Source: Callorhinchus milii (taxonomy: Eukaryota). From it: a stretch of DNA of 64,000 nt. Below are positions 36,547 to 50,500 of this stretch, piece by piece. Below the pieces are notes generated by a model. It saw only the letters and a program-made list of their open reading frames with translations, did no database searches and was not told the origin of the DNA. Numbering within the stretch: the stretch's first letter is position 1; every line of letters starts with the position of its first letter. A program made the translations under genes and the position numbers. Location of the stretch: the NCBI RefSeq assembly GCF_018977255.1, contig NW_024704742.1, positions 7,504,001-7,568,000 of the forward strand, given 5' to 3'.

Positions 36547-38199
36547 GAGTGTACACAGAGCACTGAACAGCCTGAGAATGACATCTGGGAATCTAAACTC
36601 AACTAATTTAATCATATCGCCCAGCATCCCATTTGCCTGGTTTATTGCTGCCTCTAACTGTTTTGACACAGTTAGTGAGTGATGAGTCAACTAACGTCCC
36701 AAGATTTCTTCCAGCTTCTCCCTTGGAATGTTCAATCCTATCGATGGAGAACATGCATTTCCTATTCTTACTTCCTGTATGTAGCACATTGCATTTATCT
36801 GTATTAAACTTCATTTCAGTCCATGTGCATATCCCATCAGGCTCCCATCAAGTGGAACCTTTGCTATCTTGTCTGATTCCACTGTCCCTCATCTCCTTCC
36901 CCAACTTGGTGCCATCTGCAAATTTAACTCTCTTACACTGGGTCTGCAAATCCATGCCTATCACGTCGGGTGGACATTCTAAAGTGCTTCACAGGATTTA
37001 CTGTGAACTGGAATGACTGTGTACTTGTAGGCAAATACAGCAGCCCAATTGCATATAGCAATGTCCCACAAACAGCCATGACCAATTTTATTTTGCGGCG
37101 GGGGACGGTGGCTGGGGGAATTGTTGGCCAGGACGCTGGGAGACATTCTGTTCTCTTTCTAAAGAGTGCCGTGGGATGTTTAATGTCCACCTGAACAACT
37201 GGATTGGAACATTAAATAATTTAAGATCGAGTCCCTGAACAATGTAAGACTTAAACCCAGAATTTTCTGACTCCAAGACTCCTAACTGAGCCAAATTGAC
37301 ACCGTACTTCTTATTCAAATTAAAACTGACCAGAAATCAGATGAGTGGAGTTATATGCCTGCTCCACTTTGCTTGCACCAGTCTCGGGTGAGAATAATGC
37401 AGAGTTGACAACGTATTTGGGGCTCAGAAAACTGTACTACCGGTAGATCAGGCTGTTGTTTTCCATCGAACTGGGCAACAAAGAACTGCAACCACTTCAG
37501 AACATTAAAGAATTGAGCAGCAGGCCAGAAAAGTTGTGAAAAAAACACATAAAATGTCAATATTTGATGACATCTTAAATTGTCTCTCTCCACCTTTATT
37601 TGCTGAGTGGAACATGTGTTTTGCTGCTGTGTCTTAAATTTTATTTCTGCTTTGAATTATTTGAGTACATAGAAGTGGAGTGCTGGACAATGAAGGGGAG
37701 AAGCTTCAGGAAACACTGTTCAGCCTTCAAAATATCACCAATAATATTTCATGCCTTTACACTGAAATAAGATAGTTGATGGAATTGCCTAATACCCCTC
37801 TCATTCACATATGGTGTAAAATAGCAATGATATTGGTTTGAAAGAGATTATAGTCATTACCGGGGTTGAGTTGCTCATTCACTCTGTTCGGTAATGAGAC
37901 CCTTAGGGCTGGTTAGGACATAATACCTGAACAAATAATGTTATTATGATCAATCTTACTGTTATATTGGTAATTTTCTGCACTTTGTCATTGCTTTTTA
38001 CAGTCTATGAGCCAGAGGCTGATGTGAAACAACCATCTGGATATAGAATGGAGCATTCTGAATGGTTCTTTTAAAAGGGGTGATCTTTATTCACATACCG
38101 TTTAAAACTTCTGCATCTGAATTAACCAACGCTCCTTCAAAGAAATTATAGAAACTAATGTTTATTACAATAATTTATAATAGTTAATGATATAAGCAG

Positions 38200-39125
38200 C
38201 CCTTTGATGCATAGCAATGTCCATAGATAGCCATGAAGTGAATGACCAATTTTATTTGAGAGATTGTTGACCAGGACATTGGGAGAACCTTATCTTTTTG
38301 ATTCGTACCATGGGATCTTTAACAGGAATAGAACAGATGAGACCTTGGTTTAGCATCTCAGCCAAAGGATGGCACCTCCAACAATCCAGTACTGCACTGG
38401 AGTGTGGGCCTAGACTATAATTTCATAGTTTTGACGTGGGGCTTTAACCCACAAAACATCTGACTCAACAGCAAGATTGAGACCAACTAAGGCAGACTGA
38501 CACCCTTATGTACATTACCACAACTGCATAGCATTAACAGACTAAGAGAACACTATGCTGGGCCAGATTCGATGGATAGATGCTGGAAAATCACCAGGTA
38601 TAATAATCAAGGACACATTTATATATGAATCTCAATCCACAACACCAGTGTACCACAAAATATACAATCAATCCACTTTACACTAAATTCTGTGTAGCCC
38701 TTTGAGACATCTCGACAATGTGATAAATGCTAAACCATATGCAAGGATTAATAGTAGTATTAAGTCAACAATCCATTAGTCCAACCATAAACCACATGGC
38801 AGTCAATTTGCTCACAGGAGTGTCCCACAAACAGCCTTGAAGTAATTGACAAATTTTTACTGGGGGATCATTGGTCAGGACACTGGGAAAAAAATCCTTC
38901 TCTTTTTGGATAGTGCAATGAGAGCTTTCAGTCCACATGAACAGGCAGACAAGGTCTTGATTTAATATCTCATCAGAAGGATGGCACCTGAAACAACACA
39001 GTACAACCCCAGCAATGCACTGGAGCGTCAGCTTAGACTACAAGAATTCCAAGTCCAAACACAGGGCTTCAATCCATGACCTTCTGACCCAGAGGCGAGA
39101 GCGATACTAACTGTGCCAGGCTGAT
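38200..39125 (-). mobile_element. Two DeuSINE copies (about 38200-38505 and 38790-39125) plus a SINE tail
   Basis: Both show 'atctca....aaggatggcacct', 'tgcactggag' and the reverse-complement tRNA head. Confidence 0.8.
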
Positions 39126-39274
39126 TTATGATGGGAGATGGAAGGATTGGGGTGCACATAAGTCTACATCACAATAGAAAATGAATTTACAAAGTCACAA
39201 GCTCTTTTAAAGCGCTTTCTGTCACTCACTTTAGGCTGTTTAATGGAAGCGCATGGCGAGTCAAGCAGGCTTGA

Positions 39275-39600
39275 CTGGAACATATGATTCTTTTCACTCT
39301 CAAGCCTGATACTGAATTTAATCATATCATAGTCACTATTCCCAAAATACTCCGTTATTACCAGATTGCTAGCTATTTCTGGCTCATTACTCATAACTAA
39401 GTCAAGTGCAGTCTGTTCCCTCATCAGCAATGACACACTGCTGTTTCAGAATACTTTCCTACATGCATTAAAGAAATGCATTGCTTTTCTCCTGGTTTTT
39501 GCTACTCCTCCCCCAATCTAAGTTAAAATCTCCTATTGTCATCTCATTTTTTTCTAACAAGCTTCTTTAATCTGCCTGTATGTTCTTTTATTATATCATC
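39275..39600 (-). mobile_element. CR1 ORF2 endonuclease fragment
   Basis: LDLVMSNEPE....L...EYFGNSDY.MIKFSI (APE-endonuclease C-terminal motif). Confidence 0.75.
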
Positions 39601-40225
39601 ACAGTCAAGAGGACACTAGTCATCCTTTCCATGCACACATCCATTTCCTAGAAGGGGGATCCCTGAATGATTTTTTTCCTCCTCCTTACAAGAGTAGCTG
39701 AGGCCGTTACTTCCCACTGTGTGAGATAAATTAATAATACTAATAATCCTTACATCTGAAATAGCACCTTTCACATCAGGCGGACATCTCAAAGCAGTTC
39801 ACAGGATTTACTGTGAAATGTTGTGACAAGGTATTTATTATAGGCAAACAAGTCACAATGTGGGGCTTGAATCCACCACCTTCTGAATCAGAGGTGAGAG
39901 GAGTATCAACTGAGCCAGGTTGACACCAATTCCAGCACAGACCAGGCCTCTTAGCTGGAACTTTCCTATAACAACAACAACAACAACAGCAGCATAAACT
40001 CTGGATAGCTCATTCAACACCTACACATTTACATATGTTGGTGAATCATTTACAAGATTTTGCTATATCTTTGTTCCTGCTACCTACAGGAACTTCATTT
40101 GGCCACAATATAATGTCACAGAAATGGAAACATCACCAGAGCAGTATTGTGGGAGGTCAGTTTAAAATATATTATAGGACATTGCTGTCTTCAAATTGGC
40201 TGCCATGTTCACTCACAGGGTACAG

Positions 40226-40393
40226 TAATAATAATATTAATCCTTGGATTTGATATAACACCTTATCACGTCTTCTAGATGTCTCAAAGCGCTTCACAGA
40301 ATATACTGTAAAGTGAATTGACTGTATATTTTGTGGGCGAAACGCGGCAGATAATTGTGCACAGCAGTGTCCCACAAACAGTCGTGGATTGAA
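40226..40393 (-). mobile_element. Young SINE, 3' half
   Basis: Consensus tail and body. Confidence 0.85.
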
Positions 40394-41514
40394 TGCTTCA
40401 CAGTACATCCTTTGGCACAATTTCCCGACATGAAAAGCGTTATACCAAATGTAAGAATTATTGTTATATCTGTGTGCCACTTTTTGGAAATCCTCACATT
40501 AAAGAGCAACAGCAACCTGCAACATTTGATGTCTTCAGTGATGTTTCAGTATGTCAATCGTTGCCCTGGAAATGAGTGTCACTGGACTGATCCAACGAGT
40601 CTAGGCGTTCGAGCCTAAGGCAGCGAGATTTTAATATGAAAGAAAAACAAATTCACTTTTGTTGTCGCTGTTTTCTGAGAAAATGATTTCCAGTGGGTGG
40701 AATTACTTTTTCTTCACTTGCAAATAGCTTCCATTGAATTTAATTAACAACCCCCCCCCCCCCCAAGCAATGATTGGAACACAATCCCCTGAGATTCCCA
40801 AACTCTTAAATCAGCCGCTCACAAAGTCACATAAACCGACAGAAATTCAAAGCATTCCAGAGATATAGAATTCTAAGTAGAGGCTAAATATACTTTTTAT
40901 CTTAGATTTTTTTTTCCCTTTTAGTGATCAGTATATATACTTTTTCCATTTCTATTCTGCCTTTGTTTTTTTTTCTGCTCAGCTACACTTTTATTCTCTT
41001 GCTCCTCTTGAACACCATCTTTCAAGCAGTAGTCTCGATTTATTTTTCCAACAACTGAGTTTCTTCCTTTTTCAGATCAGTTGCTCACGATTGAATTTCC
41101 CGTAATTGTTGAGCACCTTCCTTGTCTGCTTAGCCGAATTGAAAATACTTTTAATTCAGAAGGTGCCCTTGGATTACAGCTGATGATTTACTTTCTTTAC
41201 ACAGAACCATAGAAGGTCCAGAATAGAAAGTAGCCATTCTGTTCCTTGAGCCTAAACCAGGGAGAGTTTTTTTCCTGGTTCCAGTTACTCCAATGGATTT
41301 ATGGGATTTTATTTTGCAATGTTCAATAATTTAGAGTCAGTACTTAAATTATTTGAACGCCACAATATCTGCTCATGTGTACTCTAATCGTAATGATATT
41401 AACTGTCTGTAATCTTATTTTTTTGTGTGGGGGGAGGTCAGTTGGGTTCCTAATGCATGTGAAACCCCATCATTATGCTTAAGAGTATGCAAATCAAACA
41501 GAATTCCATTCATT

Positions 41515-42050
41515 TCACCTACCTCTGGAAAACGCCAGAGATATGTATCGGATTGAATGCGCACTCTCTCCCCGGAGGGACTCATCCCGCTTACCTATTT
41601 CTGGAAAGTATTTGGTACAGGTTGGCTTGGGGACGCTAGAGGGTGCATTGGGGTACCTTTGGAGTCTAACCAGTTAAAACCGCATAGCTTGCCATTGGGA
41701 ACACTGTCTGGCAAGCTTTCTAGTCTTAATGGGAGCTGAGTGGGATGACTCCCTGCCCCCAGTGAATGGTCTGCCCTTTCAAGTCCCGCTGATGAGCCAG
41801 GCTGGGCTGTGCTGTCATCAGCAGTGCCCTGGAGTACTGCGGTCCCACTTGATTCAGGAACTGGACTACTGAGACCACCACAGAGGGTGGGCTCAATTCT
41901 GACATTCCGTGGTCAAACATATCAGGATAGAGCCAATTCAGCTCCAAGCAGACCCCACTTACCCTCACGCCCAAAGGAAGACAGTGTTGGTCATTTGATA
42001 CCCAACAAGCACAGGATTGAGCCCTCACAAGGTAGATGGCAGACGCCAGA
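41515..42050 (-). mobile_element. Old SINE-like repeat, family E, longest copy
   Basis: Left part aligns with the 11990 and 23800 copies; right part aligns with revcomp 47115-47590 and with 59600-59655; B-box-like GGGCTCAATCC near the putative 5' end. Confidence 0.65.
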
Positions 42051-43395
42051 AACTCATATTCTTCCTCTTAAAGTGTTTATCCGTTTCCCTTTTAAATGTT
42101 GTTATGTTCTCAGATTCAAATGTCACCTGTGGCCTGACATCCTGGGGTAGAAATGACACTTGAGTCTAGATTTACTTTACGAATGGAACATCTCAGAGTG
42201 TGCAAGAATTTATTTTATCTTTGACAATGGTTTTCTCTAAGAAGTTACAGAAAACTGGCTTCAAAATGAAAGGCTGTATTTAATAATTTATAGAACAGTT
42301 CTGGATGCACTGAAATGTTATCTTAATAGAGTAAATTTGCACACAGTTAAAATATCTACATCATCCTTGTTCCAACAACTGTCTGCTTTTCTCACATTTC
42401 CCTGAGACACCTAAATGGTGGAAACTGTGGAATCAGACGAAGCAGGAAAAGATCTTAAAAAGAGAGTTTGATAAGATCTGTACTTGGGCTGAGCATTGAG
42501 CAAACCAAATGATTCATTAAATTAGCTTTTCATTCTTTTTAACCTGTCTTCTTCCCCCACTGCTTGACGTAATTCAGATTGCGGTGGACTTCCCTGTAAA
42601 TCCCGCTGTTGTTAGATTTTCAGAAGGACTTTCTTCACTCAACTTATTGTTATTGTTAGGGTGTAGAATTATTTTACCACAAGTGGCTGTTGAGGCAAGA
42701 TCAAATAGAACCATTCAAAAGGAAAGTTGCTAAACATCTGAGTAAACATTAAGGAACATGGGAACAAGTAAGTCAGCGAGATGATTGGAAAAAAGGGAAA
42801 ATGGCAGACACAATGCAATTTACATTTACGTAGCACCTTTCACGTCGGGAAGACTGCTGAACGTGCTTGGCACTGCTGGCTGGGCACCCGAGTTGGCACA
42901 GTGGCTGCATGGCCTCCTTTTGTTCTGAATATCTCTGTGTGTCTGTGTTGACACCGTTTATTTTTACTGCGTTGACACAGTTGTTTGATTTGAAAAGTAA
43001 CGACTAAATGCAGACGTATGCGCCTCCAACTTCTGCATGACATGGAAATTCTTTGAAGATATTTTGCTTCAGTAGCCAGTTGCTATTATTTTATGGAGAC
43101 AATAATAATTTACAGAGAAAGATTTATACTCAAACTGGTAAGATATTGCCAGGCTTCATCGGTTTCAATGTAAGTCCTGGAATTGAAAAATAATTCTTAT
43201 TACTCAGTTTAGGACAAGTAACTGTAAACTTATTTATTCGTGTACAATTTAACCAAATGCCAGAGATAGGCATGAAAAATATCAATCCTTAGGCTGCCCA
43301 GTGGGTCCAGAGAAATTCCAGTTCTCCCTCTGAGCCAACCGCATTTTCTTTTAAGTTTCCAGTTTGTGAACAAAACCCTGAAACAAATTACAATT

Positions 43396-43873
43396 ATGTG
43401 GAGAGACTAGAAAGGTTGGGATTATTCTCCTTAGAGCAGAGAAGGTTGAAGGAAGGTTTAATAGAAATGTTCAAAATTATGAGGGGTTTTCAAAGAGGAG
43501 GTAGGGAGAAACCGTTTCCTCAGGCGGGTGGGTCAGTAACCAGAGGACACAGATTTCAGATAACAACAACAAAATTACTTTTGTATAGCGCCTTTCACGT
43601 CGGGAGGACATCCCAATGTGCTGGAAATTAGCAAAAGAACCTGAGGGGAGACAAGGAGAGGGTTGTTACGGTCTGGAATGCATTGCCTAAAAGAGTAGTG
43701 GAAGCAGATTTGATAATAGCTTTCAAAAGAGAATTAGATAGGTACTTAAAAAGGAAGAATTTGCTGGGCTGTGCGGTAAGAATGGGATTAATTGGTAGTT
43801 ATTTAAAGAGCCGGCACAGACACGATGGGCCGAATGGCCTCCTTCTGTGCTGTAGGATTCTATGATTCTATGA
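43396..43873 (+). mobile_element. CR1 LINE 3' end interrupted by a minimal L2 tail (about 43562-43625)
   Basis: ERLERLGLFSLEQRRL..GLIEMFKIMRG..TRGHRF, LPKRVVEA...AFKRELDRYL; 'gatgggccgaatggcctccttctgtgctg' + (ATTCTATG)n. Confidence 0.9.
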
Positions 43874-45129
43874 ATGGCTTATTTAATGAAAAAAAGTGAA
43901 CTGAGGCACTTAAAGATGTTGGAGACAATCTGCTTCCTATAAGCCAAGATTTTGGCGCTCACTGCAGCATGTGGATTATTAGCTTGATGCACACACTGCA
44001 GAAACACAAATACCCTTCATCTGCTATATGAGGATTTTCACCGGGGCATATTTCCAGGGAGCTGAAGGTTAAAAGAGCCCAGTAATGTAATCACAGCCTG
44101 GACACTGTTGTGTGCTCTTCACACTGGGGGTATCAGGTTTTAGGCAACAGTCCTTGACAATGGCTCTTTAAGTACAAGAATAATTAGTTGGTGAATAATC
44201 AATCTATTTTTCTCATCACACATCTAAACTATGACATATGAACAAAGACAGCTCATTCTCTAAATTGGTAAGAAGTACAAATTGCACAGCCTGACACATT
44301 GTGTACATGGAATAATATAATGATGATGAAAGAGCTTCATCTAAATAGGGCGTTGGATCAGTAGCTATATATTTGAATGCACAACAGCATTATTTCTTTT
44401 TGTTGTGAATCTTGTTCTGTGAATAATAGCCTATAAGTCATTGACTTGTTCGTGTTAGATATTGAAGAGCTTTGGCTGCCAGCAATGGCTCAGTGGGCGA
44501 AATGCATTGTCCGGAGTATGCCAAAACAGAGTTTGTACTCAACATGTTTGAGATTTGAGCTTTTGGGATAAACTAATTCAACGCGTGCTGGGGATTGAGA
44601 GCTGCTAAATCAGCAAATGCTGGCCTTGAAAGAGGGACGTTCAGCTTATCGTCTTTTGTTTATGGAGGGAATATGCCACTTTTAAGCTTGAACACTATTA
44701 AGAACTATAAAGCCACAGTATAACATCGTGGGATCTGAACTCAACTGTTTTAGCAACAACGCTTAGCATCCTGGTTGGCTTGTTTTTTTGCTACCATACA
44801 CTGTTTTTACATTGTGAGTGATGAGTCCACTAATTCCCTGAGATGGCATGGAAACAAGCTATTTGGGCCCAACTAGTCCTTGCTGATGTTTATACTCCTT
44901 GACCCCCTCCTATTCTTTTATTATCCCTCTCTATTCCTTTCTCTCTCATGTATGCATCAAGTTTCATCTTAAATACATTGAATCATTTTGTTTTAACCAT
45001 AGATTTTGACACTACTTCCACATTTTCACCACCGTCTATGTAAAGAAGTTCCTCTTAAAGTTCCTTTCAGGTCTGCTGCGGTTACCTTAGATTTATGCTT
45101 TCGTTTTGGTTTCTCCTTGTCAATAACTA

Positions 45130-45293
45130 ATAATAATAATATTAATAAACCTTGCATTTGATGTAGCACCTTATCACGTCTTTGAGACGTCTCAAAGAGC
45201 CTCACAGAATATCCTGTAAAGTAAATTGACTATATATTTTGTAGGAGAAATATGGCAGCCAATTGCACACAGCAGTGTCCCACAAACAGTCAT
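45130..45293 (-). mobile_element. Young SINE, 3' half (putative donor for the 33041 patch)
   Basis: Consensus tail and body. Confidence 0.85.
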
Positions 45294-45444
45294 ATAGACA
45301 ACATAAACAATAACGTATAAACAATTTCTCAATGTCCACCTTAACTAAACGTTTTGTAACCTCTACTGAAACAGAGAAATTTCCCAAGCTTGGGGCAACA
45401 GCTGCTGGGAATGTTATCTAGAGCCCACTTTTGTGAACATAAGT

Positions 45445-45723
45445 TCACAATAAATCAAATAGGGAAGTCAGAAGAACCTCCTTTCCCAGCAAGTGGTGGG
45501 AATGTTGAACTTGCTGCCACAAGGAGTAGCTGAGGCAAATAGCATAGATGCATTTAAGGGGAAACTAGATACGTACATGAGGGAGAAAGGAATAGAAGGT
45601 TATGTTGATAGGCTTAGTTGAGGAAGGGAAGGAGGAGGCTCATATAGAACATAAATGCCGGTATAGACCAGTTGTGCTGAATGGCCTGTTTCTGTGCTGT
45701 ATATTCTATGTAATTCTATGTAA
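45445..45723 (+). mobile_element. CR1 LINE 3' end
   Basis: 'gaacttgctgccacaaggagtag..gcatttaagggg..ctagat', 'gaatggcctgtttctgtgctg', ATTCTATGTA repeats. Confidence 0.85.
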
Positions 45724-45774
45724 GTTCATATATCAAGGGTTTGGAATTCGACCTTGATTGGTGTGCTGCTGCTC

Positions 45775-46346
45775 ATGCCCCGCTTGTCGGCCTTCCCAAC
45801 AACTCCCTCCACAGGTTGCAGATAATCCAGAACACTGCAGCCCGTGTCCTCTCCCGCACCAAGCTCCGTGACCCATCTCCCCCACTCTTGCCCGACTCCA
45901 CTGGCTCCCTATCCTTCAGTGGATCCAGTTCTAAGATCCTGGTCCTCACATACAAAGCTCTCCATGGCCTCGCCCCACCCTACCTCTGAGACCTCCTAAA
46001 CCCCTACCAACCCACCCATTCCCTCTGCTCAGCCGGCTCTGGCCTGCTCCACGTCCCCCGACTCACCCGCCCCACCATTGGCAGGAGAGCCTTCAGCCAC
46101 TCTGCCCCCAATCTCTGGAGTTCCATCCCCCAGTCACTCCGCCTCACCCCCTCCTTAGCCTCCTTCAAGTCCCGCCTCAAGACCCTCCTCTTCCACCATG
46201 CCATCAGCCACCCCCCTTCCCCTCCCCTCCCTTACCCCCCCAACTCCAGTTCGGTTCTGAAATGCTGTACTCTGTCCAGTGCCTTGGGACGTCCCCCTGA
46301 CGTGAAAGGCGCTGTACAAATGTAATCTTGTTGTTGTTGTTATTGT
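45775..46346 (+). mobile_element. L2 LINE 3' ~570 bp
   Basis: LVGLPNNSLHRLQIIQNTAARVL, KILVLTYKALHGLAPPYL; stem-loop + (TTG)n. Confidence 0.92.
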
Positions 46347-46560
46347 TGCATTTAGAACTGGTGGAACTATTGCTCAGTAGGTAGGGTTTGTGCGTCTGAC
46401 TTGTGAACAAGAGAATAGTGGCAATGCTCCAGCATTTCATGTTAAACCAGGAAGCTGACAGGAACCTACCATCCATCTAGTGAGGGCTCAAATTTGCGCT
46501 CGCCAGATGTTCAATGACTAATTACAATAGAACCATTTTAAAACGTGCTTCATAATATTT

Positions 46561-46890
46561 GGAGTCCTGTAGCTCAGTGTTTAGAGCACTCGCTTTGCAA
46601 GTGAGAGACCTGAGTTCAATTCCAGGCAGAGGGCGAAACCTTGGGCAAGTTTCCTTACTCCACACAAAGCCTAATAATAATCCCTCCAAAACCAAAAACA
46701 ATAATAAATTGGTCATTTTCAATCCACGACTGTTTGTGGGACATTGCTGTGCGCAATTGGCTGCCGCGTTCGCCCACAAATATACAGTCAATTCACTTTA
46801 CAATGTGTTCTGTGAGGCGCTTTGGGATGTCCTCCCAACGTGAAAAGTGCTATATCAAATGCAAGGATTATTATTATTATTATTATTATT
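46561..46890 (+). mobile_element. Young SINE, short subfamily, full length
   Basis: GGAGTCCTGTAGCTCAG... to (ATT)n. Confidence 0.93.
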
Positions 46891-47114
46891 TTGTGGGTTA
46901 ACTTACATCATAATTGAAGTGTGAAGTATCACATTTACCTACTCAAATACAAAACACTTTGAAATGCCAGCCAGTGGGCAACCAGGTAAAATGGCTGACA
47001 TCAATTTGTTACTGACATGATTTGCTATGTACTGCTCATGTTTAAATTCTGAATTTGGTAGGAAGACAGTTTTGCACAGTTATTAAAAATGAACCAGCTT
47101 CCAAATGAAGTTCC

Positions 47115-47590
47115 AAATGAGGGCTCCAAATCTGCTCTTATCGGATGTGAAATGACCAACTAGTAACTATCCTCCTGGGTGAGTGGGGGAGGGGTTGAGG
47201 GGGTAAGTGAGCTGAACTGGCCTCCAGGGTTACATCAAACCCTCTGCCTTGCCCCCTCTCTTCCCTTTTTTAAGTACCACCTGAAGACTTTTCTCTTCGA
47301 CCATGCTTACAGCCACCTCCCCCCCACCCTGCCCGGCTCGGAGTCAGGCTCCAGCGCTCTGAGATGTTACACTACATGGAGGGCGCTATATAAGGGCAAG
47401 TTGTTGTTGTTATTGTTGTTGTACATGTTTGGCAATGGAATGTCAAAATCGAGTCAACCCTCTGAGTTGGGCTGGTGAGCCTGGTCCTGAGCCAGTACAC
47501 CAGGGCACTGCTGATGACAGACCGGCTAGTGGGGCTCATCGACAGGACTTGGAGAGACTCCTCTCACTCAGCTCTCAGTTAACCATGGAA
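47115..47590 (+). mobile_element. Family E copy split by an L2 3' end (47236-47421)
   Basis: Both sides align with revcomp 41725-42030; TACAT at 47231-47235 and 47422-47426 (putative TSD). Confidence 0.7.
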
Positions 47591-50500
47591 GTCCAAAAAG
47601 TCTGAATTTAAGAATTACCACATTTTTGAACTGCCTTATAGTGTAAGACAAAATGGTCTCAGGAGATAAAGTGAGATGGAATTACAGGATTTGATTGTAG
47701 TACTTCCTGCACGTGGATCAGTGGATGGTGGTGTTGTTGAATTATCCAATATTTCTTTCACATTTAAAGATCCAGCGCATCTTCTCCAGTAATCCATTTA
47801 TTAATTCCAGGTCCGCTTCACAAGTTCAAATTAATTAAGTCTCCCGTCTCTGAGAATCCGTTCTATTTTAAAGGCAAATACTTAAATAGCATGGGTAAAT
47901 CACTCTTAGAAGAAAAATGAACAGGAGCGGTGATTAATATCAAAATAAATCTGAGATATGATTGATCTAAAATTAATGTAAAAATAGTAACTACTCAAAA
48001 GGGGATGGGAAATTTGGATAGCCTTGATCCACGAAGAAATCCTATTATACACGCATTAAATTAGTTGTCATGTTTTATTCCATGACAAGATCTAGCCTGT
48101 AGCTAAAGATTATACATAAGAAACACATCAGTGTGACAGATGCTGCATTAAATTGTTTATGGTCTTTAGCACTTGAAGGTGACCAGTACACATAAGCTAA
48201 ATAGATTGGCCGAAGCCAACGGTTCTCAGGAGAACAATGAGACTAAAGATGTCCTCGTTTTGGCAGTAGCCGTTACTTATACTCTAGGGTCTTATTCCTC
48301 GCAGCTGTTATTGGAAGATTTATAAAGGAAGCTGGAAGGTTACAAATCCTCTGTAATTTTTCTCATGAGCCCCACCAAGCAGGACAATAGGAGACCTGTG
48401 TGAGAGACTTGTGTGAAACCTGCAACTATGGCAATTGTAGATGGAGATGAGACACAGGCTGATCCATTAGGTCTTTTAACCCAGTAGAGGGTGTTGCTCT
48501 GAAAGGACAAGATCTCATTTTGGAGGGTTGAAATTCCGTGTGTTACACAATATGTAGACGCAATGGAATTTTAGTATTGTAACTAAACACCTCTCTAAAG
48601 ACATAGTCACAGAGTTAGCAGTGCATTTTTCTATAGCCATGGTCCTTTTCCAACCATCTTTGGGTTTGTTTTGGATGGGTGGCTTGAGGCCACAAGGAGC
48701 AGAAACAAGCCAATTTTAATGTGTTTTGAAATGGACTGTTCAATTGAAGTCCGCAGCTGTTTTATAGGGATCAGGCACTCCACCTCCCCACCCCACTCCC
48801 TTATTACAAGATTCTTCTCCCAGCAATCCAATACTCCCACAACTCCATTTTCTCGGTGTTTTTTTTATCTTTTCAGTAAGAAATCAGATTAAATTGCAGG
48901 GCTGCAGTATGCACAAAGCCATCATTAGCTTCACCATCTGTTACATCTTCCAATATGTGGTCCTCCCTGGAATGTTATACAGTATTTGGAAGTCACACAA
49001 ATAGTGTATCACAATAAAGATGAGTACTGTTAAGATTGTTCCCAGATTAGTGAGAAAGCTATAAGGAAAGCCTTTGTATGCTTGCTGTATACTAAAGAGT
49101 GTCAGCAGAGCTATAAACTAGTTTGCAATACTATAGGTACAATAGATACAATTATTTGAGCAACCTCAGTAGATATACTAGTATTAGTGTGAGTAACTAA
49201 ATTCACTCCCAGCACAGTCCAAGGCTGAAAAAATCTATTGGTATGACTAGCCTACTTGGCTGTTGAGTCATATCCATTGCCTTACCCCCCCAAAATCCCA
49301 AGTAAGATGACAACTGTTTGTGAGGTGAGCCACCCAAGATTTTACATTCACTGATAGACTGATTTAAATTCATGAATGACATACAAAGTTTGATATGGAT
49401 GTCCCATTCCACCTCCCCCGCCCGTCAGATGTATCAGCACTGCAGCAGTTAACCACAGTAGACACAGAGAAAAGGCCATGCTGAATAAATAAACCATTTG
49501 TTGATCATAACATTCAAACAAGGCACCCAGAGGAACATGTGAAGTTACGGAGGTTCAAGAAAAATGATAATAAAGTCCTTGGCAAAAAGCCAAAATTGAT
49601 AACTTGGCGCCTCGTAGGAATCAGATCATGAAGTTCTCAAGGTCTGTAGAAATCAAGTTTAGGATATAAGGATGAGCGATTCCAGTAATCGTTGGGAGAA
49701 TGTGGGAGCTGAGGGGAGCAGAACAGTCAGAGAATCCTGATGTTATCCTTACAATTGTGTATACTTTATAATAAACCTTGATATCAACACCATGTTTCGA
49801 GTACATATGTTGTTCAGCATCCAAAGTGTATCCCCACATCAATAGTGTAGTAATAGTGGCTCAATTGGTAGCACACTTGCCTTATGCACCAGAAGGTCAG
49901 ACATTGACCTATGATTTTGCTTCATTGCTGATACACCTACTAAATCCATCCCAGCAAGAAACAGGATGGAGTTTCCCCAGTTACATTCCATACCAGGTGT
50001 TAATGACGACACTCCCTTTGAAGTATTCCAGCCTGAAAGATAGGTTGGAATTTCCCCAGCCTTTGAAAGAGCTCGGAAAAGCCAAAGCCAACTTCAAACA
50101 GATTGGAACGTTTTGCTTATGTTGGATTCAAAGTGACCTCCTCTCCTGGGATCTGCTCTTTCCAAACACTAAATCAAAAAGGTGCCTATTTTACGCTGAT
50201 TTGTGCTTCCTCGCAGTATAAACAAGACATTCTGTAAGAACATAACATAAGAACATAAGAATTAGGAGCAGGAGTAGACCATTCGGCACTTCGTGCCTGC
50301 TCCGCCATTCAATAAGGTCATGGCTGATCTTCTCACCTAACTCTGATTACCTGCCCTATCCCCATTCTCTGCCCTATGCGCTATTCTCTCCATGACTCCC
50401 TTCTCGAACAGGACTGTTTGCCTTCTACTAATCATTGTGCTTTCATTGCAAAACAGCTTTTCAACCTGAGACAAAACCAATCGTATTTTAAGTGAATGAG

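Noticed and set aside
41788..41822. Hammerhead ribozyme at CTGATGAG (also near 61163)
   Set aside because: No GAAA closing stem II; the first forms a simple hairpin and the second is a CR1 3' UTR
20580..45430. Ancient ~12.3 kb tandem triplication explaining the two patch offsets
   Set aside because: Similarity is limited to ~135-165 bp tracts; I saw no repetition of the intervening unique DNA
46561..46635. tRNA-Ala genes
   Set aside because: Every head runs directly into the SINE body, with no Pol III terminator after the cloverleaf
49778..50221. 147-aa ORF
   Set aside because: No recognisable domain, includes a degraded tRNA-like SINE head, and has no clear splice boundaries
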